This document shows, one piece after another, positions 17,183-26,746 of a DNA stretch of 64,000 nt (positions are counted from its first letter, which is position 1; the number at the start of each line of letters is the position of its first letter). A program made the translations under genes and the position numbers. A model generated the notes under the pieces. The model made no database searches. It had not been told where the DNA came from and was given only the letters and a program-made list of their open reading frames with translations. This stretch comes from Bacilli bacterium (GTDB taxonomy: Bacteria > Bacillota_I > Bacilli_A > RF39 > UBA660). Location: positions 230,885 to 294,884 of the forward strand of contig JAGAIS010000001.1 of NCBI GenBank assembly GCA_017626405.1, in the 5' to 3' direction.

Positions 17183-19273
17183 GTGATAATAGTGAATAGT
17201 AAATTAAAAAATATGGAAATTATTTTAAATATAGGAAGTATTATTTTATTTTTTGCTGGACTAGGCATTCTAATTACTCCCGATTTAGATTCCAATATTA
17301 TAAAATTCGTGATATCTTTATCTATTGGTGGACTTTCACTATTATTCTCTTTTATATGTTCTAAGGTATTAAATGTCAAAAGTTCTTCGAAGTTACTTTA
17401 TTATTTGAGTATGATAATAATTTGTATAACTTATGCTTTCGGTGGTTTTAATGGACTTTATGGGGGATATTTCGGTTATGATTTAGAGGGAAGTGAACTA
17501 TTCTTATCAAGTATCTATTTATTAATTGCAATACTTTCTATAATAACTAAATGCCTTTTTAAGAATTATTCAATACTTCATTTGGCATTTATAGCTATTT
17601 ATGTATCTATTTATCATTTATTTATCCATTTTAGTTTCAATTATCAGGTAGCATTTATTGTTATTGGTGCTTTATTATTTATAGGAACTTTTTTAAATAA
17701 TGGAATTATTAAGAATTTTTCTATTACAGCATCGTATACTTATGTGTTGTTATCTATTCTTATTGGATATTCAGATTCTCTAATATTATCTAGTCTATTA
17801 TTCTCAATCAATATGCTAGTAATCTATAATGCTTTATACAAAGATAATAATGTTATATGTGAACTTGTTACTTTAGGTTTTATTGTTGCTAGTATTATTA
17901 TTTTTGGCAATACAATTTCCAATAACTTTGATGTGTCAGTTTCCTATATAATAACTGCATTTGTCATTGGCATATTAGAATTATTAATTCACCATTACAA
18001 TGTAATTGATAGTAATGTTAATAAAATTTTTTATAAAACTGTATTTGTAGTTATGTATTTAGTTCTTTCCATATTATCTATTGATACGGGAGTTACTACA
18101 TTTTTACCTGTTACGATATTTATGACGCTTTCATCAATTGCTTATACACATATATTAAAATCAGGAGAGGATTCATTACAGGGTATTAAAGTATTAGTAT
18201 TTATGCTAGCATTACTACTCAATGTCGATGAATTCATCTTTGACTTCAGTGATATCGTGTATGTATACATTCTTGGATTATCTTCGGTTATGATGTTTTT
18301 ATTTAGCAAGCGAGATAGTCTTAAAATTACAAGTGAACTTGCTTCATTTATCTTGCTTGTCCCATTAATCGTTATGACAAAAGAGACAAACTTGGTATTT
18401 TATATAACTAGTACTTTATTAATTGCTCTTTATGTATTTGTCTTTTTATCCGATATGTCATCAATCGATAAAAACTTTAATAGTTGTCTAAGTAGTTTAT
18501 ATTGTTATGCATTGTTTGCATTAACGATTGATTCAATAGAACCAATTAGATTCTTACTTTCATCTATTGTATTACTTGCAATAATGGTTCTTGTTAGAAA
18601 AGATAATACGAAGTTTGTAATCGCACTTTTCTTTATGTTTTTTACAATAAAGGGATTTATCAATCATTTAGTTCCAATACTTGATATAGATGGAAATTTT
18701 CATGTAATTATCAATAGCATTATTTTGATATTAACAATAATTACATTTGCATATAAGATATTTGATAATAAAAAAACGAGAAATATTTTCTTGACATTGT
18801 TTAGTGTATTACAATTATATTTCTTATTGATGTATGATGAATTGCCAATAGTTCTTTATATCTTGATTTTATCTTTACTATTATTAGTACTAGGTGGAAT
18901 AAATAGAGAACTTAAGAGCTTATTTATTGTGGGAATAATATTTACGATAATAAGTATTTTAAACATAATGAACTATATTGATGGACTACCAGTATCTGTT
19001 TACTTCATTATTATTGGTATTACATTAATAGTATCAATTAGTATATTAATCTATAGATATCAAAGAAAACCCGAAGAGGAGAAAGTAAATAATACTCCAT
19101 TGGAAATAAAAACAAGATATTGTTCAAATTGTGGAACAAAGAATAAGGATAATGATAAATATTGTGAAAACTGTGGTTCTAATTTATTTGGATTAAATAA
19201 CTACTGCGGTAATTGTGGAACAAAGATTCATAGTGATGATAAATATTGTCCAAATTGTGGATCAAAAATATAA
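17183..19273 (+). CDS. large polytopic membrane protein with a C-terminal double zinc-ribbon
   Basis: About 20 predicted TM helices, then YCSNCGTKNKDNDKYCENCGSNL and YCGNCGTKIHSDDKYCPNCGSKI (two CxxC-x9-CxxC ribbons). The start is uncertain (GTG 17183, GTG 17192 or ATG 17213). Confidence 0.7.
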   Translation: MIIVNSKLKNMEIILNIGSIILFFAGLGILITPDLDSNIIKFVISLSIGGLSLLFSFICSKVLNVKSSSKLLYYLSMIIICITYAFGGFNGLYGGYFGYDLEGSELFLSSIYLLIAILSIITKCLFKNYSILHLAFIAIYVSIYHLFIHFSFNYQVAFIVIGALLFIGTFLNNGIIKNFSITASYTYVLLSILIGYSDSLILSSLLFSINMLVIYNALYKDNNVICELVTLGFIVASIIIFGNTISNNFDVSVSYIITAFVIGILELLIHHYNVIDSNVNKIFYKTVFVVMYLVLSILSIDTGVTTFLPVTIFMTLSSIAYTHILKSGEDSLQGIKVLVFMLALLLNVDEFIFDFSDIVYVYILGLSSVMMFLFSKRDSLKITSELASFILLVPLIVMTKETNLVFYITSTLLIALYVFVFLSDMSSIDKNFNSCLSSLYCYALFALTIDSIEPIRFLLSSIVLLAIMVLVRKDNTKFVIALFFMFFTIKGFINHLVPILDIDGNFHVIINSIILILTIITFAYKIFDNKKTRNIFLTLFSVLQLYFLLMYDELPIVLYILILSLLLLVLGGINRELKSLFIVGIIFTIISILNIMNYIDGLPVSVYFIIIGITLIVSISILIYRYQRKPEEEKVNNTPLEIKTRYCSNCGTKNKDNDKYCENCGSNLFGLNNYCGNCGTKIHSDDKYCPNCGSKI

Positions 19274-19282
19274 AAAAAAGGG

Positions 19283-19759
19283 TTGATAGTTGTGAAAAAG
19301 AAATTGGGAAGTATATATTATTCAGTTGTTTATGAATTCGTTATTATTCCAATACTTGGTTTAATAACATATTTACTATATGAAAAGTTTGCTTATAGTG
19401 GAATTATCCTTGATAATTTCTTTTTATACTTTATTCTAATATTACTATTAGTATTATTTAATATATTTGGTATATATGCGATAGCTTATATATATAATAA
19501 GGTCTATAAGATAGATAATAACTATTATACTTTAGTTGGTGGACTTACAATAGGTATAGTCATTTGGTTTAAAGTATTTTGGTATGTCATGGAAGGTGTT
19601 AATTGTAATACTATTAATGATGTTAATTGTGTTCCAGCTATTCAATATAATAAGTTATCGACAGTTATTTTAGTAATATCAATTTCTTATTTTTTAATAT
19701 ATCAAATATTATATAAGATGATAAGTAAGAAAATGAAATTGAATAATGGTAAGAAATAA
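19283..19759 (+). CDS. hypothetical membrane protein
   Basis: Four hydrophobic helices, directly downstream of the zinc-ribbon membrane protein. TTG or GTG start. Confidence 0.5.
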   Translation: MIVVKKKLGSIYYSVVYEFVIIPILGLITYLLYEKFAYSGIILDNFFLYFILILLLVLFNIFGIYAIAYIYNKVYKIDNNYYTLVGGLTIGIVIWFKVFWYVMEGVNCNTINDVNCVPAIQYNKLSTVILVISISYFLIYQILYKMISKKMKLNNGKK

Positions 19760-19858
19760 AAATATAAATGATATATAGTAATCAAATATATTTATTAATT
19801 AGAAGAGATATCTTCTAATTTTTTTTAGATTATTATATAATATCTTCAGGTGAGTTGT

Positions 19859-21142
19859 ATGAGAAAATTTATGAGATTATTTATGATTGTGATGACATTT
19901 ATTATTGCGCTTTTTTGTACTTTTTTTGCACTTTTTTATATGTTCTATAAACCTGAATTACTTTTAGATGGAAGTGAATATGTATCTATAGGTATTAATC
20001 AGGAGTATGAAGAAAAGGGTGCTCATGCATATATTTTTAATCGAGAAGTTGATGGAGTAATAATTAGAGGTAAATTTGATAATACAAAAGTTGGAATTTA
20101 TGAAATTCAATATATATATAATCCTAAGTTTTTAAGAAATATGGTAGTAAAAGAGAGAACAATATGTGTAACTGACAGTGATGCACCAACTATAATTTTA
20201 GATGGTGATGAAGTTGTTAGTATTTATGTAGGTTCTAAATTCAAGGAACCGGGATTTAAAGCGAATGACTCTTATGATGGAGATTTAACTGATAAGGTTA
20301 TAGTAAATGGTACAGTTGATGTAACTAAAGTCGGTACTTATGAGATTGTTTATGAGGTAACTGATTCTTCGGGAAATCTATATTCAACTAAAAGAACAGT
20401 TAAGGTTATTGCAAGACCAACTACTACTAGCAAAGATAAAAATGGAGATAATACATTAAGTCAGGGTAGTGGGTCAGGCGTTGGACGCGGAATTCCGATT
20501 CTCATGTATCATTTTTTCTATGATGAGACTTTAGGAGAAGTTGGACTTGACAATAACTATATGGAAATTCATGCCTTTGAAGAACAAATGAAGTATTTGG
20601 ATGAAGAAGATTACTATTTTCCAACTTGGCAAGAAGTTGCAGATTTTGTGGACGGTAAGATTACTATCCCCGAAAAAAGTGTTGTGGTAACAATTGATGA
20701 TGGTCATAAATCATTTTTTAGACTTGCCGTTCCAGTTATTCAGAAATATGATATAAAGGTAACTTCTTTTTTAGTAACAAGTCGTTTAGGAGATAAAACC
20801 TATGAAAATTTCAAAGAAAAAATCAATTTTGAATCACATTCTCATGATATGCATAGAAAAGGATGTACTGGTGGTCAAAATGGAATATTTAGATGCATTA
20901 ATTATGATTTGGGTTTAGAGGATTTGAATAAGTCGATAGAAATTCTTGGATCAAATGATGTTATTGCATATCCTTATGGCGATGTAACAAACAATGTCTT
21001 AGCTATTACGAAAGCAGCTAATTTTAAAGTTGGTGTAACTACTAGATATGGAAAAGCAAAAAAAGGAATGGATAGATATCAACTTCCTAGAGTAAGAATG
21101 TATAAGGGAATGAGTTTTGAGAAGTTTAAGCAGTCCTTATAA
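19859..21142 (+). CDS. polysaccharide deacetylase (NodB domain) with an N-terminal TM helix and Ig-like (DUF5011-type) repeats
   Basis: VVVTIDDGHKSFF, ESHSHDMH and YPYGD motifs. Two repeats of type KVG[IT]YEI.Y.V.D preceded by DAPTIILDGDE. RBS AGGTGA. Confidence 0.8.
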   Translation: MRKFMRLFMIVMTFIIALFCTFFALFYMFYKPELLLDGSEYVSIGINQEYEEKGAHAYIFNREVDGVIIRGKFDNTKVGIYEIQYIYNPKFLRNMVVKERTICVTDSDAPTIILDGDEVVSIYVGSKFKEPGFKANDSYDGDLTDKVIVNGTVDVTKVGTYEIVYEVTDSSGNLYSTKRTVKVIARPTTTSKDKNGDNTLSQGSGSGVGRGIPILMYHFFYDETLGEVGLDNNYMEIHAFEEQMKYLDEEDYYFPTWQEVADFVDGKITIPEKSVVVTIDDGHKSFFRLAVPVIQKYDIKVTSFLVTSRLGDKTYENFKEKINFESHSHDMHRKGCTGGQNGIFRCINYDLGLEDLNKSIEILGSNDVIAYPYGDVTNNVLAITKAANFKVGVTTRYGKAKKGMDRYQLPRVRMYKGMSFEKFKQSL

Positions 21143-21194
21143 ATAATTACTAATTGAAAAAAAATATTGTATAATGGTATTAGAGGTGGTTTAT

Positions 21195-23402
21195 ATGATT
21201 AAACTTAAAAATGTTTCAAAGATATATTATAACAAAGGTGTTATTGGAACTGGTTTTTCAAAAGTATCTCTAGAATTTAATATTGGAGAATTTATCGCGA
21301 TAATTGGTGAATCGGGAAGTGGTAAATCTACTCTATTAAATGTTATAAGTGGACTAGATACTTATGAAGAAGGCGAAATGTATATCAATGGAGAAGAGAC
21401 AAGCCATTATAATGAAGAGGATTTTGAAGAGTATCGAAGAAAGTATGTAGCAAATATTTTTCAAGGATTCAATTTAGTAAACTCTTATACAGTTAGGCAA
21501 AATGTCGAATTAGTTCTCTTGATTCATGGAATTAAGAGTAAGGATGCTAAAGAAAAAGTTGACCAAATAATAAAAGATGTTGGTCTTTGGGAATACCGCA
21601 ATAAAAGAGTATCAAAACTTTCTGGGGGTCAAAAACAAAGAGTTGCTATTGCTCGTGCTCTAGCTAAGGAAACTCCAATAATTGTTGCTGATGAACCAAC
21701 AGGTAATCTCGATCAGGAATCATCAAAACAAATTATTGAACTATTACATAAAATATCTAAAAATAAACTTGTTATTGTTGTCACTCATAATTATGAAGAC
21801 ATCGAAAAGTATGTGACTAGAGTAATTCGTATGCATGATGGAAAAGTCGTAGAAGACAAAAATGTTAAAGAATATAAAGCAGGTACTTTAGAAAGTACTG
21901 AGCATTTTAAAATGAGTTTTGCATCAAAAGTTAAATTAGCTTTTAGAAATTCATTTAATATTGTTGGGAAACTATTACTAATACTTGGTGTATTTATAAT
22001 GTGCGTCTCGGGAATTTTAACTAATATTGGTGGTCAAATAAAAGGTAAATACGATACTTTAAATCAAGGAATATCTTTTATCTTCTCAAATCAAAATCCT
22101 AAGCGAATCATCATTAGACATAAGGATGCAACACAGATTACAAAAGATGAGTACGAAAATATTCTAAAACTATCAACTGTCGAAGAAATTGTTCATAATG
22201 ATATAAAACTAGATTCTGTTATTTCACTTTATCGTGAAGAAGATGATACATATATTGATGCGACTGTTAATAATATAGAATATTTAGATGCAAAGATATA
22301 TAAAGGAAGAATGCCTAAGGAAGAAAATGAAGTTGTATTGATGGCCAATGAAGACGACTTCTTTATTAAACTTTTTGCAAATGATTTTTTAGATAAGGAT
22401 ATATATCCAATAGATGATAGATATAATGAATACAATATTCCAATTAAAATAGTTGGAATAGCAAAGACAAAAGAAGTTAGTATGAACTATAAAATTTATG
22501 GAAGTGATAATTTAAATGAAAAATTATCCGATATTAATTCCATAAAATATGGAAGTGCAATAATTACTATAAATGGACATGTTCATAACAATTCTGATGA
22601 AGATATTTTAATCTTAAGTGAAAAAGTTCCAAAAGGTTCTATTTACTTAAGAGAAGAATATGAAAGCGAATGCGATAAGAATAGTTGTTTAAATACGAAT
22701 GTTAAAGTAAATGTTAAAAATATCTATACTGATCGTACTGAAGACTTTAAAGTAACTAATATTATAAATAAGAAAAATCTAAAAAGTTTACTTGATATGA
22801 GTGATTATGATGATTTATATGGTTATGTATTTATGAATATAGATGATTATAATCGCTTAAATAATACTGATGATTATCAAAGTTCAGTAATAGTAAAAAA
22901 TGTTGATCAAGTAGATAAAACTGTTGGGGATTTAGAGAAAATGGGATTCCAAGTATTAGCAATAAAGAATAGTGTAGATTTTAATAGTAGTGATTTATCT
23001 AAAATAATTAATTTATTTAATATTATTGGATCTTTAATCTCATTTGTTGTTTTATATTTTATTTCTTACTTTGTTATATTCTTAGTTTTAAAATCACGCA
23101 ATACATATTTTGCTGTAATAAGAATATTGGGTGGAACTGTTAAAGTTTGTCGAGAACTTATTAATTTAGAATTATTTATTCAATCGACAATTAGTTTTGC
23201 TATTGTTTTAGTATTGGGATATCTATTTAAATTTAATATTATTAGATTTGATATAATGTCAGGATTTATGGAATACTTAAAATGGTATCATTTTGTAATT
23301 GGTTATATTATGACCATTATAATGAGTCAATTAATTGCTCGAAGATTTAGTAAGAAAATATTTAAAGATAGTATGATTACTACTTATAATATGGAGGTGT
23401 AG
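21195..23402 (+). CDS. fused ABC ATPase / FtsX-type permease (MacB-like)
   Basis: Walker A GESGSGKST, LSGGQKQRV, IIVADEPTGNLD. Then a TM helix, a large extracytoplasmic region and C-terminal FtsX-like helices. RBS GAGGTGG. Confidence 0.85.
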   Translation: MIKLKNVSKIYYNKGVIGTGFSKVSLEFNIGEFIAIIGESGSGKSTLLNVISGLDTYEEGEMYINGEETSHYNEEDFEEYRRKYVANIFQGFNLVNSYTVRQNVELVLLIHGIKSKDAKEKVDQIIKDVGLWEYRNKRVSKLSGGQKQRVAIARALAKETPIIVADEPTGNLDQESSKQIIELLHKISKNKLVIVVTHNYEDIEKYVTRVIRMHDGKVVEDKNVKEYKAGTLESTEHFKMSFASKVKLAFRNSFNIVGKLLLILGVFIMCVSGILTNIGGQIKGKYDTLNQGISFIFSNQNPKRIIIRHKDATQITKDEYENILKLSTVEEIVHNDIKLDSVISLYREEDDTYIDATVNNIEYLDAKIYKGRMPKEENEVVLMANEDDFFIKLFANDFLDKDIYPIDDRYNEYNIPIKIVGIAKTKEVSMNYKIYGSDNLNEKLSDINSIKYGSAIITINGHVHNNSDEDILILSEKVPKGSIYLREEYESECDKNSCLNTNVKVNVKNIYTDRTEDFKVTNIINKKNLKSLLDMSDYDDLYGYVFMNIDDYNRLNNTDDYQSSVIVKNVDQVDKTVGDLEKMGFQVLAIKNSVDFNSSDLSKIINLFNIIGSLISFVVLYFISYFVIFLVLKSRNTYFAVIRILGGTVKVCRELINLELFIQSTISFAIVLVLGYLFKFNIIRFDIMSGFMEYLKWYHFVIGYIMTIIMSQLIARRFSKKIFKDSMITTYNMEV

Positions 23403-23404
23403 AT

Positions 23405-25795
23405 ATGATTTCATTGAATAATTTGCAAAAATATTTTTATCGTCACAAAAAGAATGAAATTCATGTAATTAATGATACATCTTTGGAATTTAAAGATTCG
23501 GGGTTAGTTGCTTTACTTGGTCCTTCAGGTTGTGGAAAGACAACTTTGCTAAATTGTATAGGAGGTCTCGACAAGGTCAATAGTGGTACGCTTTATATCA
23601 ATGGAGAGAAGATTACTAAAAAGAATTTTTATAAGATGGATAAAATAAGAAACTTGAATATTGGATATATATTCCAAGATTACAAGTTAATTGATGAGTG
23701 GTCTGTATTTGATAATGTTGCAGTTGCATTAAAGATGTGCGGGATTAAGAATAAAGCAGAAATTAAAAAACGCGTAGATGATGTACTAAAAATAATTGAA
23801 TTATATCGTTATCGCAAAAGACCTGCTTCAATGCTTTCGGGTGGTGAAAGACAAAGAGTAGGTATTGCTCGTGCTTTAGTTAAAAATCCAAGTATTATAA
23901 TCTGCGATGAACCAACGGGAAATTTGGATAGTCGCAATTCAATAGAAATTATGAATATCCTAAAGAGTATCTCCCGTGAAAGATTAGTTATCTTGGTAAC
24001 TCATGAAGTTGAATTAGCTCGACTTTATGCCGATCGTATTGTAACTTTACAAGATGGAAAAGTTATTAGCGATGAAGAAAACCAAGATGCTCATGAAATA
24101 GATTATGGTTTAGAAGGGAAAATATATTTAAAAGATTTACCAATAAGTGAAGAAATAAAGAATGATAATGTTGAAGTAAAATATTATTCTGATAGTGATA
24201 AATTAGTAAAGATCAATATTGTATATAAGAATGGAACTATTTATATTGAATCAAATAATAAAATAGAGACGGTTAATGAAGATAGTGCATTTGAAATAAT
24301 AGATGCTCACTATAAGAAAATTAATAAGTCTGTATATGAGAAATATAACTTTAATAGTGAGGAAATACCAAATAAAAAATATGCTTCTTTGTATAATATA
24401 TTTACTATGATTAAAGTCGGTTTTAATCGTATAAAGAATTATTCATTAATTCGAAAGCTTAGTTTAGCATCTTTCTTTATTGCTGGAATTATGCTTATGT
24501 TTAGTTTATCATCAATTATTGGAGTTTCAAAAGTTCACTTAGAAGATTTTAACTTTGATGATGAAACTTATCTATCTATTAATAGTAATGATGGGTATGC
24601 TTTAGAAAAAAAGATTAGTTCTCTAGATAATATTAATTTCATGATGCCAGGAAGTATGCGTTATGAATTTTCTATACCTGTTGATGATATTTTCCAAACA
24701 TCGGATACTAGTCAATACTTTGAAGCATCTCTTGGAAGTAGTGAAAAACTAAAGGAAGAGGATTTAATTTATGGACGCTTACCAAATGAGGGAGAAGTTG
24801 TAATTGATAAACGAGTATTTGATAAAGTATCAGAAGAAGGATTGATTGGTAACAATCTATTACTTATAGGTATCGATTCAGTTGATAAACTAATTGGTCG
24901 AAAATTGAATATCGGTATGCATACAGAGTTGACAATTGTTGGTATTACAGAAAAAGTCATTTCTGAAGTATTTGTTAATCCATCAGATTTATTTAGAGTA
25001 GTAATGGATTCTTCCGACTATGAAGCATTAGAAACTGACTCCTTTGGCGATATCTATTATTACCAAGACAAATTTGAACTTAAATCCGGAAGATTACCTA
25101 ATGAAGGTGAAGTAATTGTTAATGAAACTCAAGCAGATATGTATCCTTTGAATAAGAAGAGTGATATTAAACTTGGAAATCAAGAATTAACAGTAGTTGG
25201 ATACTATAATTCTAAGGATATTAATCTAAATTTAGTTAGTGAAAGTACAATTAAAAATTATGCTTTTGATGTCAGTAACATATATACTATTTCAAGTAGT
25301 AAAAAAGATGAGACTATTGAATCTTTGAGAGATGCGGGAATTTTAGCTAATGATTTATATGACAAAAATTTTAAAGAATATGATAATAATCGAAAGGAAT
25401 CTATTAATTCATCTCTTATTTCTGCTTCGGTAATTATTGTAATTACTCTTTTTGAAATATTCTTTGTAATTCGTTCTTCATTCCAATCACGCATTAAAGA
25501 AGTAGGTATCTTAAGAGCTATTGGTGTTAAGAGAAGCGATGTTTATCGCATGTTTGCAGGAGAGATAATTGTTGCAACTACAATTGCTGGATTGAGTGGT
25601 ATAATCTTATGTTATGCATTTATCTATGCCTTAAGTGATATTCAAATGATATCTCGTGTTATGTCATCTAATCCGTTATTAATTTTTGTTTCTGCAGGTA
25701 TTCTTTATATATTTAATATAATAATCGGACTATTACCAGTTTGGTTAACTGTTAGATCAACACCGGCAGCAATATTATCGAGAAAAGATATTTAG
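23405..25795 (+). CDS. fused ABC ATPase / FtsX-type permease (MacB-like), second copy
   Basis: GPSGCGKTT, LSGGERQRV, IIICDEPTGNLD. C-terminal FtsX-like segment (GILRAIGVKRSDVYRMF...). Starts 2 nt after the previous stop. Confidence 0.85.
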   Translation: MISLNNLQKYFYRHKKNEIHVINDTSLEFKDSGLVALLGPSGCGKTTLLNCIGGLDKVNSGTLYINGEKITKKNFYKMDKIRNLNIGYIFQDYKLIDEWSVFDNVAVALKMCGIKNKAEIKKRVDDVLKIIELYRYRKRPASMLSGGERQRVGIARALVKNPSIIICDEPTGNLDSRNSIEIMNILKSISRERLVILVTHEVELARLYADRIVTLQDGKVISDEENQDAHEIDYGLEGKIYLKDLPISEEIKNDNVEVKYYSDSDKLVKINIVYKNGTIYIESNNKIETVNEDSAFEIIDAHYKKINKSVYEKYNFNSEEIPNKKYASLYNIFTMIKVGFNRIKNYSLIRKLSLASFFIAGIMLMFSLSSIIGVSKVHLEDFNFDDETYLSINSNDGYALEKKISSLDNINFMMPGSMRYEFSIPVDDIFQTSDTSQYFEASLGSSEKLKEEDLIYGRLPNEGEVVIDKRVFDKVSEEGLIGNNLLLIGIDSVDKLIGRKLNIGMHTELTIVGITEKVISEVFVNPSDLFRVVMDSSDYEALETDSFGDIYYYQDKFELKSGRLPNEGEVIVNETQADMYPLNKKSDIKLGNQELTVVGYYNSKDINLNLVSESTIKNYAFDVSNIYTISSSKKDETIESLRDAGILANDLYDKNFKEYDNNRKESINSSLISASVIIVITLFEIFFVIRSSFQSRIKEVGILRAIGVKRSDVYRMFAGEIIVATTIAGLSGIILCYAFIYALSDIQMISRVMSSNPLLIFVSAGILYIFNIIIGLLPVWLTVRSTPAAILSRKDI

Positions 25796-25802
25796 ACATA
25801 TT

Positions 25803-25834
25803 AAAAGACTTCTATTTTTTAGAAGTCTTTTTTC
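25803..25834. terminator. bidirectional terminator
   Basis: 11-bp stem AAAAGACTTCT/AGAAGTCTTTT with a 7-nt loop, between convergent genes. Confidence 0.8.
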
Positions 25835-26237
25835 TTATTTCTTTTTTGATTTCATTTAGTTCAATTATTTTTTTCTCTTCTGTCTTATAGCCAATTATTT
25901 TTATAATTATAATTGGTATAAATAGAGCTAATGTTATAAGCGTATCCATTAAACTTCCATTTATATTTATTGATGGAATAATCATTAATACGATACATCC
26001 AATACTTAAAAACTCATACTCTAACTTTTTATAAACTAATGAAGTTAGAGTTAATAAACTGGCGAACGATAAACTAAATAATATTAGAGCCCACCAACTT
26101 TGTGAATATACTGAAGATATCAATTTTTGAGCATCTTCAAATAGTGAGGTATTACCAAATATGTTTGAATCTTGGTAAACGAGTGCTAGAGTAGCAATAA
26201 TGCTTATTACTATTTGAGCAATACAAATAAATATCAT
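25812..26237 (-). CDS. hypothetical small membrane protein
   Basis: Four hydrophobic helices and a basic C-terminal tail. Confidence 0.5.
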   Translation of the reverse strand: MIFICIAQIVISIIATLALVYQDSNIFGNTSLFEDAQKLISSVYSQSWWALILFSLSFASLLTLTSLVYKKLEYEFLSIGCIVLMIIPSININGSLMDTLITLALFIPIIIIKIIGYKTEEKKIIELNEIKKEIRKKTSKK

Positions 26238-26329
26238 ATATTTACTATGAGAATCAAAAAACTTTTTTATAATATCACTTCCTTAGAATAATTATAGCAT
26301 ATATATGTTATAATATAAATGTGATTATT

Positions 26330-26722
26330 ATGAAGAAAAAAGTATTATTGATTGTTATGATTATGTTAATTGCAATAACTGGGTGTGGAAAGAAGTTAGA
26401 CGAAAAAATATTAGAGAAACAAAGTATTGTAGTAAAAAATATTGGTGTATCAAATGATAATTATTTAGTTTATAACAAGGATAATTTATACTATGTTTAT
26501 TATGTCAGTGATACTAATTATACGGGATATTTATATACCTTACATAAGTCAGTTGAAGAATATAATGAGTATAAAGAAAAATATAAAGGAGATATAAATG
26601 CTAATATTAGTTTTAACGATGAATCTTATTTGACAGTTATTAGAGTTGATACAGGTTTAGTAAGTGATAATTTTAGAAGTAATTTAGATAAAAAGTTAAA
26701 GGGATATAAATTAGTAAAATAA
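26330..26722 (+). CDS. putative lipoprotein
   Basis: Signal peptide with lipobox LIAITGC. Confidence 0.6.
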   Translation: MKKKVLLIVMIMLIAITGCGKKLDEKILEKQSIVVKNIGVSNDNYLVYNKDNLYYVYYVSDTNYTGYLYTLHKSVEEYNEYKEKYKGDINANISFNDESYLTVIRVDTGLVSDNFRSNLDKKLKGYKLVK

Positions 26723-26746
26723 AAAGAGTTTAAAAACTCTTTTTTA
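26721..26746. terminator. bidirectional terminator
   Basis: AAGAGTT-TAAA-AACTCTT flanked by A- and T-runs. It overlaps the HerA-like stop codon. Confidence 0.75.
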
